The notes under the pieces are model-generated. The model worked only from the letters and a program-made list of their open reading frames with translations, was not told the origin of the DNA and did not search any database. A stretch of DNA of 64,000 bases from Ostreococcus lucimarinus (taxonomy: Eukaryota), in the NCBI GenBank assembly GCA_000092065.1, contig CP000587.1, one strand, 5' to 3'. Positions 20,501 through 30,003 of this stretch are shown piece after piece (within the stretch, counting starts at the first letter, position 1; each line of letters begins with the position of its first letter). The translations under genes were made by a program, and so were the position numbers.

Positions 20501-20938
20501 ATCCTCGCTCGATATTCTCTTCGCCAATTCCGCGCGCTTCAAAGAATCATGAAACGTCGTCCAGACATCATCCATCGCGTCGCGCTCCGGCGTCTCCGAT
20601 CTCGCCGCGCCGCGCGTCTTCGTTGTCTCCGAGACGCCACCATCCTCCGCACCCGCTCCGTCGCTCTCGCGCCGCTCCAGCCCCGCGCCTATAGAAACTT
20701 CGCTCAAAGAAATATCCATCAGCGCTTCCGCGCCTTTTCGAGCGCCCGTCGGCGTCGCATCGCGCGGTGCCGTCCTCGTTTCGTCGCGTTTGCGTTTCGG
20801 TCCGGAATCGCTCCCAGAGTGCGTGGTTTCGCTTTTCGACGCCGCGGGCGACGCGGTCGACGCGGGTGCGTCGTCAGCGCGAGGTGGATCCGATGTGTCG
20901 GTATCGGTTCGTTTGAACGGGCTCTGGAAACCCGGCAT
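17576..20938 (-). CDS. large helical/TPR-like repeat protein (1120 aa), uncharacterised
   Basis: Uninterrupted 3.36-kb ORF of normal, lower-GC composition, predicted all-alpha with repeated amphipathic helices. The N-terminal 120 aa are S/T/P/D-rich and disordered. No catalytic motifs. Confidence 0.55.
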   Translation of the reverse strand: MPGFQSPFKRTDTDTSDPPRADDAPASTASPAASKSETTHSGSDSGPKRKRDETRTAPRDATPTGARKGAEALMDISLSEVSIGAGLERRESDGAGAEDGGVSETTKTRGAARSETPERDAMDDVWTTFHDSLKRAELAKRISSEDEMTNTVSEVRRVSERLRDLWSTNATKASDLARHMSQRCWNFAIEKTALETTAESGIVKKEMIGPLLDLRYFACELLDAALGFADGFAVSAGAPEISSLAVGISNHLTLAKLLHDAGEFKAAEEQFVIGESYGNSFLNRNGEFDAETMLQTIEAATSRAKNCFYLGNVAGARDFFQDAKSLSESEKNKGNETMCVTTLISAKINLAENFVVSEKLQSADDEAVFDRKVGFLVKELIAAYYDLFTITPNSWSTSSHQDNAAHFDLDEKLVCEDHRLVRADGLYIRILHNLARLFIHGRRYNEALKVLDKMKIIKSYAKKCENSDNVLARDLQALTESFLMDNMLIEAFSGSGEISKACSILENVLNDENSVVNVLHTCCVNLAKSECGAGAVASCIAPLAKRLSGCPKARRQEMITDIFEALLDTTLTVDEQVANDVLSYMDRLLTDTDSFKEIGFSRDGQSRAYAIIWNAASDMYMQNKYSLARKLFGMTLPLSSQRKSKTVSNAAVPVIRLQVMCDLENGDIEQAKESLRSLLADKTATDVSTTLLNVKFQLISDDVSGLGESIRTFAKAGESDALLYVAGELDGSKHHATAADAFRSLYDMILNNMGTDNMMKQETFIFCSYLRHVKMAKMGDFDSKTFSESAELFSEFMKRASNLNLLTDVRQARYLADFSWNTGLDAYEKSSETEAAYQFMFLCALVISKLNKIPEGLDADDRAEYGYRQAVALLLSIASLTSYNPATDVGDEQSRKEREAKNIARSKGAMANLHSLLKNAEEERYEELRKVASVLEYEIACAQRDVALQGKIIEILSTKTLDDEASINTLLMIADRGAAMRTSDLVTVSRAYEAVGKAMKKYLIQDVALIARLMRKQIQLASRVYKSKDDVIHSLYDSAEEFLALHPSYPPVEAQWLLSTCFNRAVRHERSMRTKEAIDWLKQTQKLISALEEILPDAVETYSSIINDNLAVLTVELDAA

Positions 20939-21013
20939 CGCGCGCGAGTCGCGCGTCGCGGAGTGGTGATTTGGGTTGATTGTTACAGTGTCTCGGCGCG
21001 CGTCGGCGTGACC

Positions 21014-22075
21014 TTACGTCATTCCAGCCATGCTCCCCGCGAGATTGAACGCGGGAAACACGATGTTGGGGAACTTTTTGGACAGCGTCGTGAACTCTTC
21101 GAACGATATGTTCCCATCGCCGTCGGTATCGCACTGACGCATGAGCCATTCTACCTTGCGTTCGATTTGCTTGTCGGTGCTCATATTCGTCGCGCAAATG
21201 ATTTTGCGCAGTTCGCTCGAGTCGATGTACCCCGAACCGTCGAGATCGTACACGCTGAACGCGAACTGAATCTTATTATCGCGTGCCTCGCCACCGACGT
21301 TGGCCATACCGACGATGAATTCCTTAACGTCGATGAGACCGGTGCGATCGGTGTCAAACATGGAAAACAGACGCTCGACAAACGGCGTGCGATCGACGCG
21401 CAACATGCGCACGAATTCATTCACGTCCACGCGCCCGCTCCCATCCTTATCGCTCTCCAAGAACGCCTTGTATATTGCTTTTAACGCGTCCGTACCGAGC
21501 CCTTGGGACCTTCGGAACGACTCTAAATCATGAATCCCGCCCGATCCGCCGACGCCGACGTCGTCCATCCCGCCCATCGGCGCTCCGCCGCCGCCGACGC
21601 CCATCATGCCCGCACCGCCCGCGCCCATTCCCACGCCGTACGTTCCGCCCATCTGATGCGGCGCTCCACCGTACGCGTTCCCATACTGCACTCCCGGCGC
21701 GTTCCCGTACCCATACCCTCCTCCCGGTCCCGGCGCGCCGCCGCGATTCAACGCCATATTCGGCGGTTGCCCGTACTGTCCTCCTTGTCGCCCCACGTTC
21801 GCGCCGTAGCCCCCCGCGCGCGGCGCCACGGGCGCGCCGCTCAGCTGCGCCATCAACCGGTGAAATTCCTCGAACGATATCTGCCCATCGCCGTCGGTGT
21901 CAGCCATTAAAATCATCTCATCTATCTCGTCATCCGTCACCTTCTCGCCCATGGATGCGAGGACGTGCGCGATCTCCGCGGCGCCGACGTAGCCGTTGCG
22001 GTCGAGATCGAACTCGCGGAACGCTTGGCGGATGTCGTCTTTCGACAGGCCGCCGGCGTCGGGCTGGGCGTACAT
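21014..22075 (-). CDS. EF-hand calcium-binding protein: N-terminal calmodulin-like EF pair, Gly/Tyr/Pro-rich linker, C-terminal calcineurin-B/recoverin-like EF-hand module
   Basis: EF loops [60 protein letters not shown] and [12 protein letters not shown]. The central linker [18 protein letters not shown]...[20 protein letters not shown] resembles penta-EF-hand-type Gly/Tyr-rich regions. Confidence 0.8.
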   Translation of the reverse strand: MYAQPDAGGLSKDDIRQAFREFDLDRNGYVGAAEIAHVLASMGEKVTDDEIDEMILMADTDGDGQISFEEFHRLMAQLSGAPVAPRAGGYGANVGRQGGQYGQPPNMALNRGGAPGPGGGYGYGNAPGVQYGNAYGGAPHQMGGTYGVGMGAGGAGMMGVGGGGAPMGGMDDVGVGGSGGIHDLESFRRSQGLGTDALKAIYKAFLESDKDGSGRVDVNEFVRMLRVDRTPFVERLFSMFDTDRTGLIDVKEFIVGMANVGGEARDNKIQFAFSVYDLDGSGYIDSSELRKIICATNMSTDKQIERKVEWLMRQCDTDGDGNISFEEFTTLSKKFPNIVFPAFNLAGSMAGMT

Positions 22076-22229
22076 CGCGCGCGCGCGACGGTGACGCGCG
22101 ACGGCCGCGGCTTTTTTACGCGCCGCGGTCGAGTGAGTGACGTTTGAAATCGAGGGCGCGGGAGGAAGGTTTGATTCTTTCGTCGGTGAGTGATGTGACA
22201 GAGAAAGAACGACGCGCTAAGCGCTGAGG

Positions 22230-25200
22230 CTACTTGGAGACGGTTTTCATGGTGAAACGAAGTTTTGGCTTGGGAGCGCCTTTGTCGGCGGGCGGGCGCC
22301 AGCGCGGCTCGACGCACTTGGCGGCGTCGTACGGAGAGTCGCGCTCGGGAACGGGATGACCAGGGTACAAAGATTGGATCGTCTTCGCGATGACGCCGCG
22401 TAAGACTTCGGCATCTTTGTACAGCGTGCTGCTCGATTCGTTGAAGTTTTGGCAGTTGGAAAGCATGAGCTCGAGGGCGACGCAAAACATCCACGTCGAG
22501 GGGTAACCGCCCGCGTTCAAGCATTTTTGAATGCTGCCGAGATCGATGGGCGCAGAGATGGCGCGATAGTACTCGGGTAAAGCCTTACGCGTAGGAAGTA
22601 ACTCGAAAGGATCCGCGCGTTTGCGTCCTTTTTTGTCCTTGCTCGCGCGAATAGCGGCCAGAACGCTCCGACACGCGCTCGTTTCTTGCTTTGTCATCTC
22701 TATCTTTTCCGGCGGCGGAGACGCCTCCGCGGTGTCTTCGCTCATCTCTTCTCGACCGTCATCCGCGAGGTAATCGATTTCTTCATCGGTATCGACATCC
22801 ACTTTGTTCACCAGTTCCCAGACTTCCCCACCTCGAGCGTCACGAAAGACGAGCGGGTTTTGTCGCAATAGCGCGCCAAGCGCCGCGAGTGGTCTTCGTC
22901 CCCAAAGACCACAATCCACACCTTTCTCGACCATGATTTCATAAAGCGAATTTAATGGCATTGCGTTTCCGTGAACACGAGAGAGGACGTAAATCGCGCA
23001 GTCGAGCGGGTTCTTCGGCACGCGACGATCTCTCGGCGCGCTGCGTTGAGACTTTCGCTTTGGTACATATTCCTCAGAATCCGAATCATACCGCGCACGA
23101 CGCTTCCTTTGCGGGGCGGCTTGTGTGTTTGATTGTCTGAGCTCTGGTTGAACGTACTTCTGCGGAAATGGATCGTCTTCGTCTTCAATCACGCCATCAT
23201 CGACTGGTTTATCCCACGCTGGCTCATCTACGTTGTCGTAAATGTTCTTTGATGGCACCGGGTGGCCTGGAAACCGTTCCTGAACCGCCTTGAGATAGAC
23301 GCCTCTCAGGACTTCGGCGTCTCTGTAGAGCATCGAAGCGGGATCGTTAAAGCGCTGACAATTGGTAAACATGAGCTCCATCGCGACGAGGAAGAACCAG
23401 ACATTCGGGTAACCAGCCATGGATTTCCGAAGCATTCGCTCGATCGCCGCACAGTCGACCGGACACTTGATGATTTCGTAGTAATCAGGTAGGGTGAAGC
23501 GCGAAGGGAGCCTTTCGAACGGTTCAGATAAGCTTCTACCATCGGCTTCGACTTTGCGAACAGCTTGTAGAATTTCGAAGCACTTACGACGCTCGCTATG
23601 CTTCATCGTCGTCGTCGATGGTTTCAAACGCGTGTAAACGCTAAATCCTCCTAGTGGAACTCGAACGGTGGCTTCTTCAGAGCCTGCAACGCCTGGCGGA
23701 CGCACGTGGAGACGAGAGGGCGCTTTTTCGTCCTCGGCTTCCTCTTCGTCGTTCGGAACAAGCACGTCCGAATCGAGCCACTTCACGCGTTGCATGCAGA
23801 GCGCGACGTCCTCCAGTTGACCATCGTCGTACCTAATTGAATGATCGCCGTTCGCGACGTTGTAAGCTTCAACATTCCCGAGGTAGAACAGCTGCTCTGT
23901 CGCCCACCAGACCGCTATGCGCCGTCCGATGACATCATCGCCCTTTTCATCGCCGCGTTCGACCAAGTGCGCGCCGATAGTAATGCCAGGCGTGTCGTCG
24001 GGATTGAGAACGCGGCACGAATTTCGCCATTTTTTTGAGCTGCCGCAGCCAGACATGCGTTCGAATTCGCCCCCACCGACTATTTTGTCTGAAGCGACAT
24101 CGTGTATGCGTTCAGCGCGCGATTTGCACATTGTTTGTAACATGCCTACGTGACCGGCACAGGTAATGGCGATTGGATCCGGAATATCTTCCTCGCCTTC
24201 GTAGGCCGCAAGATCTTCGGCGCTGTAGCCGATGGATTCCTTCATGCACACCACGCGCCTCCCTCCGTGCAATTCCATCTCAGCCTCGCGGCGAACCTCT
24301 TCCTCTTCAGCATCTCTACGTCGACGTTCGCGCTCACGCTCGCGCTCAGCATCGCGTTCTGACTTCTCTGCAGCCTTTTCAAAAGACTCGATGCTTCGCA
24401 GGACCTGGTATTCAAACGTTCGCTTTGCGTCGAGATCCTCCAAAGCAATGTTTGCGAGCATTTCTCGTTTCGTCTCGTCGGCGTCGTCCATGGCCGCAGC
24501 TTCTACTTTCCGCTCCATGTGCGCTTCGAGGGAGTCTTGCACTTGCTCTTCCGAGTACCCGAATAGCGTGTCACCATCTATTTGGTCTGGCTTCCATTCG
24601 TACTCGACGGGTTTGTACCGCTCCGATTCGGTGAGATTGAGTTGATACTTTTCGTATCTCCCCGTTTCAACCATGCGCTTGAGGTGAGAGTGCGCGGCGT
24701 AGGGTACCGCTCGCTGGTACAGTCGCTCCTCCGGAAGTTCGTCCGCCATGACCTGTCTATTGGTAATCAACCCCGTACTCGCAAGAGTGACGAGTTTAGT
24801 GAAGTGCGGCAAGGACGACCAATCGACAGCGTCAATGGGGTAGTCCTCGACCACGCCTCTAGTCGTCCTCATGAGCATCGTGGAAGTGGATACCGGTGCA
24901 CCTGGTAAGAAGCGATTGACAGCCGGATACTGGGTCGATAAGGGTTCTGAGTGTCGCTCCCAATCCTTTTCGGTTCGCTCGTAGCGACTCAAACCGTCAT
25001 CGGCGGCGACGTCCACTTCCATCCTGTCATCCTCGACGACGTCCACGTTCAACACTAGGTCGCCAGCGTCGGATACGGATAACGTGACCGCCACGCGCTC
25101 GCATCGCGCCTCCGCATCGTCCGTGACTTCGACGTTCTTCTCCTCTTTCACCTCGACATACCCATTTATTTGAAGGTCCTTGAATTCAACAGTAGAGTTC

Positions 25201-26219
25201 AAGTTATCCGCGAATCCCATCGGCCGATACGTGTGACCCATGCAAGCATAGAACAATCCGCACGCGGTGCACAAAGAGCGTCGCTTATCTGGACCGAGAC
25301 GCATCTTTGGTGTCTCTTCTTTGCTGATGCCGCATTGTACGCAGTGGGAGGCGATTTCACCGTCTAAGACGTCGATCTTGTCCACTTCCCAATTCTGGAA
25401 CTTGTTCTCTTTGAACTGCTTGCGAAACGCCCGTCGTGTCTTTTCTTCTTCGTCAAGTTCATCTTCTTTCACGACGGGAATCGGTGCGTGCTTGACAATC
25501 GGCGCCCACAACGCCCTCGCGCGCTCGTCAATGTACGTCGGGTAGTACGGACGGTACCAGCTCGGCGTTGGACTACCCATCAACAAATCTAAGGCCTTCT
25601 CCGCGCGTTCAACAATGAAGTCTTCGTAAAGTCGCCGCCGACGTCTTGCGCACTCTTGCAAAATGATCACCGCCGCGCCGCTCGCCGTCGCGCTTCCTTT
25701 CTCATCCGTTCGCACGTGTCGTTTATTCTCCTTCACACGATCATTCCCCCATATCAAATGGTGCCAACCCACGTCATCCGTCCACGCCGCGTACGGTTCA
25801 TCACCGCAGTACCCTTCGACGAAGTAATTCTTCGGCACCAATCTTCCATTCAAACCTCTATCCTCCTCCGTCGCCGTGCCGAGACTCCCCACGTCCGCGT
25901 CCACCTCAAACGCCCAATGCGTCCTCAACGGTCGCTCGATCCGCGTGCCGCGCCACGACGTCAGCCTCGACTCTTTCCGTAATTTCTCCACTCGCGAGCT
26001 CTGTCTCGCCGGTTCTCTCTTCACTCTCGGTCCTCGTCCTCTTCCGCGGCCGCGTCCGCGCCCTCGCCCTCGTCCGCGGCCCGGCCCGTCTCCCTCTCCA
26101 CCGATCCCCGCCTCGCTCGCCAGCTTCGCCAGCGCCAAGCGTTCCATCAGCGCTTTATTTCTTTCGATTTTCGCTTGTCGCTCGCGCTCGTACTCGGTGA
26201 GCTCTTCTTCGCGCGCCAT
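22230..26219 (-). CDS. chromatin-associated protein with two Brg1/polybromo-type bromodomains, a GATA-type zinc finger, a Tudor/Agenet-like module and an N-terminal (Gly-Arg)n repeat
   Basis: 1329 aa. Bromodomains ..LPDYYEIIKCPVDCAAIERML...VAMELMFTNCQRFNDPASMLYRDAEVL.. and ..LPEYYRAISAPIDLGSIQKCL...VALELMLSNCQNFNESSSTLYKDAEVL.. GATA finger CVQCGISKEETPKMRLGPDKRRSLCTACGLFY (C-x2-C-x20-C-x2-C). (GR)8 repeat near the N-terminus. Confidence 0.8.
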   Translation of the reverse strand: MAREEELTEYERERQAKIERNKALMERLALAKLASEAGIGGEGDGPGRGRGRGRGRGRGRGRGPRVKREPARQSSRVEKLRKESRLTSWRGTRIERPLRTHWAFEVDADVGSLGTATEEDRGLNGRLVPKNYFVEGYCGDEPYAAWTDDVGWHHLIWGNDRVKENKRHVRTDEKGSATASGAAVIILQECARRRRRLYEDFIVERAEKALDLLMGSPTPSWYRPYYPTYIDERARALWAPIVKHAPIPVVKEDELDEEEKTRRAFRKQFKENKFQNWEVDKIDVLDGEIASHCVQCGISKEETPKMRLGPDKRRSLCTACGLFYACMGHTYRPMGFADNLNSTVEFKDLQINGYVEVKEEKNVEVTDDAEARCERVAVTLSVSDAGDLVLNVDVVEDDRMEVDVAADDGLSRYERTEKDWERHSEPLSTQYPAVNRFLPGAPVSTSTMLMRTTRGVVEDYPIDAVDWSSLPHFTKLVTLASTGLITNRQVMADELPEERLYQRAVPYAAHSHLKRMVETGRYEKYQLNLTESERYKPVEYEWKPDQIDGDTLFGYSEEQVQDSLEAHMERKVEAAAMDDADETKREMLANIALEDLDAKRTFEYQVLRSIESFEKAAEKSERDAERERERERRRRDAEEEEVRREAEMELHGGRRVVCMKESIGYSAEDLAAYEGEEDIPDPIAITCAGHVGMLQTMCKSRAERIHDVASDKIVGGGEFERMSGCGSSKKWRNSCRVLNPDDTPGITIGAHLVERGDEKGDDVIGRRIAVWWATEQLFYLGNVEAYNVANGDHSIRYDDGQLEDVALCMQRVKWLDSDVLVPNDEEEAEDEKAPSRLHVRPPGVAGSEEATVRVPLGGFSVYTRLKPSTTTMKHSERRKCFEILQAVRKVEADGRSLSEPFERLPSRFTLPDYYEIIKCPVDCAAIERMLRKSMAGYPNVWFFLVAMELMFTNCQRFNDPASMLYRDAEVLRGVYLKAVQERFPGHPVPSKNIYDNVDEPAWDKPVDDGVIEDEDDPFPQKYVQPELRQSNTQAAPQRKRRARYDSDSEEYVPKRKSQRSAPRDRRVPKNPLDCAIYVLSRVHGNAMPLNSLYEIMVEKGVDCGLWGRRPLAALGALLRQNPLVFRDARGGEVWELVNKVDVDTDEEIDYLADDGREEMSEDTAEASPPPEKIEMTKQETSACRSVLAAIRASKDKKGRKRADPFELLPTRKALPEYYRAISAPIDLGSIQKCLNAGGYPSTWMFCVALELMLSNCQNFNESSSTLYKDAEVLRGVIAKTIQSLYPGHPVPERDSPYDAAKCVEPRWRPPADKGAPKPKLRFTMKTVSK

Positions 26220-26522
26220 GCCGCGTCGTCAATCGCGTTCGAGCGGTGAATCGCTTTTTGAATTTGTTTTTTAGTCTGCGCGCCCGGTGCCGGCGCGGAA
26301 ACCGAACCGTCGTTTGATTGGACGCGCGTCGACGCGCGAGCGATGCGGTCGCGCGCGCGCGCGCGCGCTCGGCGGCGCGAGCGGGACGAGCGCGCGCGAC
26401 GTCGGCTCGATCTGCGGCGCCGCGCGACGCGGGGACGAGGGGACGACGGGGTGAAATCCGTGTGTGAGATTGAGACTGGGCGCGGCGCGCGAACGCGCGC
26501 GAGGACGACGGGCGTTACATCG

Positions 26523-27413
26523 CTAGAGCGGGACGAAAGGAAAGTCGGGGGAGCGGCGGAGCCAATTGGTGGGGCGCCAAGTCGCGGTGGCGTCGACGTA
26601 GTGGACCGAGTACGCGTGGCGAGACGCCGGCGAAAGATTCGGGCGACTGTAGTGCACGTTTTGGCCGTGAAGCACGACCAAGGTTCCGGCGGGGACGTCC
26701 AAGGGTTCGGCGACGGTGAGGTCGTGCGTCGGGGCGTCGCCGATGAATTCGACCGCGCGAGTGCCGTCGTGGTCAACGACCATGCGTCGCGCGACATCGG
26801 GCGTGCCGGAGAGCGCGTGCAGGCAGCCGTTTTCCAGCGTGCAATCCTCGAGGGCGAGCCAAATTCCGACGCACGTCGGTGGGTCGGTGTTCAAAAAGGT
26901 TGAGTCTTGATGCGGCACCACTTCACCGCCGATGGACGGTTGTTTGAATATGTACATGGACTGCACCGGTTGCGGATTCCGCGGCGAGCCCAGCGTTTTG
27001 AATAGATTCTTCACCTTTTCCGAGCGACTCCACGCGCGAAACACTGGATCTAAATCGTGCAGCGCGTGTCCGATTTTGTTGATCGAGAGGTGTTTCGGCA
27101 CGCGCAGTTCGCCCCGTTCATCGAACGCTCCCTCTTCAAAGAAGCAACAGACTTTGTCGGCCGACCCCAAAAAATACTCGTCCGTCGCCCGTTTCTGCCC
27201 GGACTGATTCACGGTAGAGAAGATCGACTCTCTGTTTGCGTTGGCGTCGAATTTGTCGACTATTTCCGCCGCGCGCGCGCGCATGGCGGAGATTTCGGTG
27301 GGGCTCGCGAAGTCAGTGAGCACCAAGTATCCATGCGTTTCGAACGCGCTGACGTCTTCGGGTGCGAGCGAGCCGCTCGTCGAACACTTCGACCAGGATG
27401 TCTTCGCGCGCAT
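26523..27413 (-). CDS. phytanoyl-CoA dioxygenase (PhyH) family Fe(II)/2-oxoglutarate oxygenase, PHYHD1-like
   Basis: 296 aa. ..FETHGYLVL.., the HxD iron ligands in VVPHQDSTFL and a distal His in ..VVLHGQNVHYSRPN.. are arranged as in the PhyH family. Confidence 0.75.
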   Translation of the reverse strand: MRAKTSWSKCSTSGSLAPEDVSAFETHGYLVLTDFASPTEISAMRARAAEIVDKFDANANRESIFSTVNQSGQKRATDEYFLGSADKVCCFFEEGAFDERGELRVPKHLSINKIGHALHDLDPVFRAWSRSEKVKNLFKTLGSPRNPQPVQSMYIFKQPSIGGEVVPHQDSTFLNTDPPTCVGIWLALEDCTLENGCLHALSGTPDVARRMVVDHDGTRAVEFIGDAPTHDLTVAEPLDVPAGTLVVLHGQNVHYSRPNLSPASRHAYSVHYVDATATWRPTNWLRRSPDFPFVPL

Positions 27414-27628
27414 CGTGATGCGCGCCGAACGGGGGGGCGACGGGGGCTCCAGAAGCGACGCGCGTGACTGTGATGCTTTTAACCGTCTGCATTTTTTGTA
27501 AAACAGTGGCGTCGCCGAGGAGTCGTCACCGAGGAAAGGAAACTAGCAACTCAATTAGTGATTACAAGGTTTTAATGGTAACAAGACCGGTCGGTCGCGT
27601 CGCGTCGCGTCGCGTCGCTCGCTCGCCC

Positions 27629-28720
27629 TCACGCGCGAGGTTCGAAGTTCTTCTTGAAAGTTTCGGCGACGAGGATGGGAAAAGCAATAGTGGCGTCGAC
27701 GTAACATTTGACTGGTTTGGCATCCATGGTGATCTTTCCCCAAGACACTGCCTCGTCCGGGCGTGCACCGGAGTCGCTTCCATCGAACTCTTGCGCGGTG
27801 TTGATGAACACGGCGTAATCCGCGCCGTTTCGCATCAAATTACTGTTGCAAATGTGGTGCTTGGCGACGCCGCCGCCGAGAATAATGATGCCCGTCTTCC
27901 TCGGCCGTTTAACCTTGATCGACTCATCGTTCATCGCTCGAACGTCCGCGACGACGTCAATGACCAAGCCTGGGTTCTTATACGAGTGAAAGTACAACAT
28001 GTCGCCGATGGAACCATCCGTCAGCGCCGGACAATAGCAAGGAATATCGTTCTTCGCAGCCCAATAAAAGATGGAATCCTCGTGATTAATCTCCATACCA
28101 AGCCGCTTGATCACCGATGAGCACGTCCATTTCACGCCCTCTTCGTTTTGTTCCCTGAGCATCGCGTCCAATATCGGCATGATCCAATCCTCGAAATCGC
28201 AATAGTTGTCGTTTGGCTGAATCAAATTTCCGATTCGGTTCAATCCCTTCCCCCGCAAATCTTTCCCGCGAAGCGCGAAATCCCCCAAATACGTCGGTTT
28301 CATGCATTTTATGAAATCTTCCTCAACCCCACCCGCCGTCGTGCACAGCACGTCGATCATCTTATTTTTGCACAGATATTTAATAGTCTCTCGCGTCCCG
28401 CTGCTCGTCAGGTTGCTCGTCCATCCCAAAAATATCTTCGTTCGCACGTTCGCCCTGTGCGCCTCCCCTCGCTCGTCCTCGTCCGTCTCCTCCGTCACCG
28501 CCTCGTCGCTCAACCGCCACCGCAGCATTCGATTCACCTCCCCGATCGCTTGTCCCAGCGACGTCGCTTGGTACCCGGTGGTGTAGAGCGACCGCATCAG
28601 CGCGTCGTAATCGAGCGCGCCCTCGAAATCGTACCCTCGCACGACGCTCGCGTCCGCGGGCATGGGTTCGGACTTCACCAGCACCGCCTGCGCGGCGGCG
28701 TTCGGGACGCCGTGCGACAT
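27629..28720 (-). CDS. DHS: deoxyhypusine synthase
   Basis: 363 aa. Collinear with DHS: ..[44 protein letters not shown].., ..[53 protein letters not shown].. (NAD-binding and spermidine-site motifs). Confidence 0.9.
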   Translation of the reverse strand: MSHGVPNAAAQAVLVKSEPMPADASVVRGYDFEGALDYDALMRSLYTTGYQATSLGQAIGEVNRMLRWRLSDEAVTEETDEDERGEAHRANVRTKIFLGWTSNLTSSGTRETIKYLCKNKMIDVLCTTAGGVEEDFIKCMKPTYLGDFALRGKDLRGKGLNRIGNLIQPNDNYCDFEDWIMPILDAMLREQNEEGVKWTCSSVIKRLGMEINHEDSIFYWAAKNDIPCYCPALTDGSIGDMLYFHSYKNPGLVIDVVADVRAMNDESIKVKRPRKTGIIILGGGVAKHHICNSNLMRNGADYAVFINTAQEFDGSDSGARPDEAVSWGKITMDAKPVKCYVDATIAFPILVAETFKKNFEPRA

Positions 28721-28935
28721 CTCGAGACGGCGGCGTCGCGCTCTGGCGCCGGCCGGCGGCGGGACCGCACGCGTCCCGGCCGTCGTCGGTTCGCGACTCG
28801 TCCGAGTGTGTCTTCGTATTTAACGTCTCAGACGACCATGACGGGACGATTGCGAAAGGTGGCGCCAACACCATCAACAGCAGCGATTTTCGACACCTTC
28901 GACTTCACTTCCCGAGACGACGCGAGGACGAAACG

Positions 28936-29844
28936 ATGGGCGAAGACGCGAAGACCGAGACGGCGTACGGCGCGATCGCGCGCGACGTCGACGTCGAGGC
29001 GACGCCGCTCGAGGGCGAGCGGGCGCGACGCGAAACGCTCGCCGCGAAGGTGCGCGGACGAAAAACGCTCGGATTGGCCGCGGTGGCGCTCGCGGGCGTC
29101 GGCGCGGTGGCGCGGGCGCGCGCGCCGGAGATGTTCACCGCGTCGCTCGGTCGCGCGCCGCTCGTGCCGGCGCTCGGATTGGCGGACGGGGCGTATTACG
29201 CGCGGGGCGGGAAGCACCGACTTCGAGACCCGTTCCTCAACGGCGTGCCGATGAAGCAGATGACGGACGCGCAGAAGAGCGCGAACGTTGTGAACTGGTG
29301 CCGTTTTCGTAATGTCGCGAGCAACGGAAACTTTCGATGCGGCGTGACGTGTCGCCAGGACGGAGAAAACGGCTCTAACGCGCCGGAAGTCTTTTACATC
29401 GGCAGCACGCCGGCGGACGATGACGGCAACGTCTATCGCACCATCAGCCGCAAGGGTGAAGATGGAAATATGTACGTCTGTTATTCTGACTGGTCCCAGA
29501 ATAATGGCTGGAACAGAAAAGTCATGAAGTGTCCGACGAGCGGATCCAGAGCTGTTTTGACGAACAGCACCAGTCTTCCCGAAGGCGCGAAGTTAACAAT
29601 CTCGGAAGTGCCCGCGGCCAAGAAACACACCCAAAACGTGGAATATGATATGGGCACCCTCTACACGTTCGTGAACAAAGATCTCGCGAGTCGTGAATCG
29701 GGCAAAGGTCTGTGCCGGGATTTCGGCAGCTCAATTGCGTGCCACGCACGGCAGAACAACATCGCGGACGTCAACGCCCAGTTTGAATTCATCCCAGTCG
29801 TGCCAGACGACGCTTCCGGAGATGTCTCCGCTTGCCCGGCGTAA
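28936..29844 (+). CDS. hypothetical secreted or membrane-anchored Cys-containing protein
   Basis: 302 aa. N-terminal hydrophobic anchor TLGLAAVALAGVGAVARARA. Mature part has many Cys, Asn and Gly (..CRFRNVASNGNFRCGVTCRQDGENG..) and ordinary lower-GC composition. No family recognised. Confidence 0.45.
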   Translation: MGEDAKTETAYGAIARDVDVEATPLEGERARRETLAAKVRGRKTLGLAAVALAGVGAVARARAPEMFTASLGRAPLVPALGLADGAYYARGGKHRLRDPFLNGVPMKQMTDAQKSANVVNWCRFRNVASNGNFRCGVTCRQDGENGSNAPEVFYIGSTPADDDGNVYRTISRKGEDGNMYVCYSDWSQNNGWNRKVMKCPTSGSRAVLTNSTSLPEGAKLTISEVPAAKKHTQNVEYDMGTLYTFVNKDLASRESGKGLCRDFGSSIACHARQNNIADVNAQFEFIPVVPDDASGDVSACPA

Positions 29845-29953
29845 ATTTGCCGCGTGATGCGTACTAAGTCTCGCCATCCCTGGCGAATTTTGTTCTCAAG
29901 AAGTCATCGCCAGTCGACGATGAATCCCAAACTCTTACAATAAAATGCGTCCT

Positions 29954-29958
29954 TGTAA
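29954..29958 (+). terminator. candidate poly(A) signal TGTAA ~110 nt downstream of the stop at 29844, within an AATAAA-like context (cttgtaataaag)
   Basis: tgtaa at 29954-29958 in the AT-richer convergent spacer 29845-30003. Confidence 0.35.
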
Positions 29959-30003
29959 TAAAGATGATATCTCCAAATGACTAGTGCTACTGCGCGCTAT
30001 GTA

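Noticed and set aside
20549-21484. A 311-aa ORF antisense to the EF-hand gene.
   Set aside because: It sits opposite a well-supported CDS and has biased composition (R/A-rich); it is probably non-coding.
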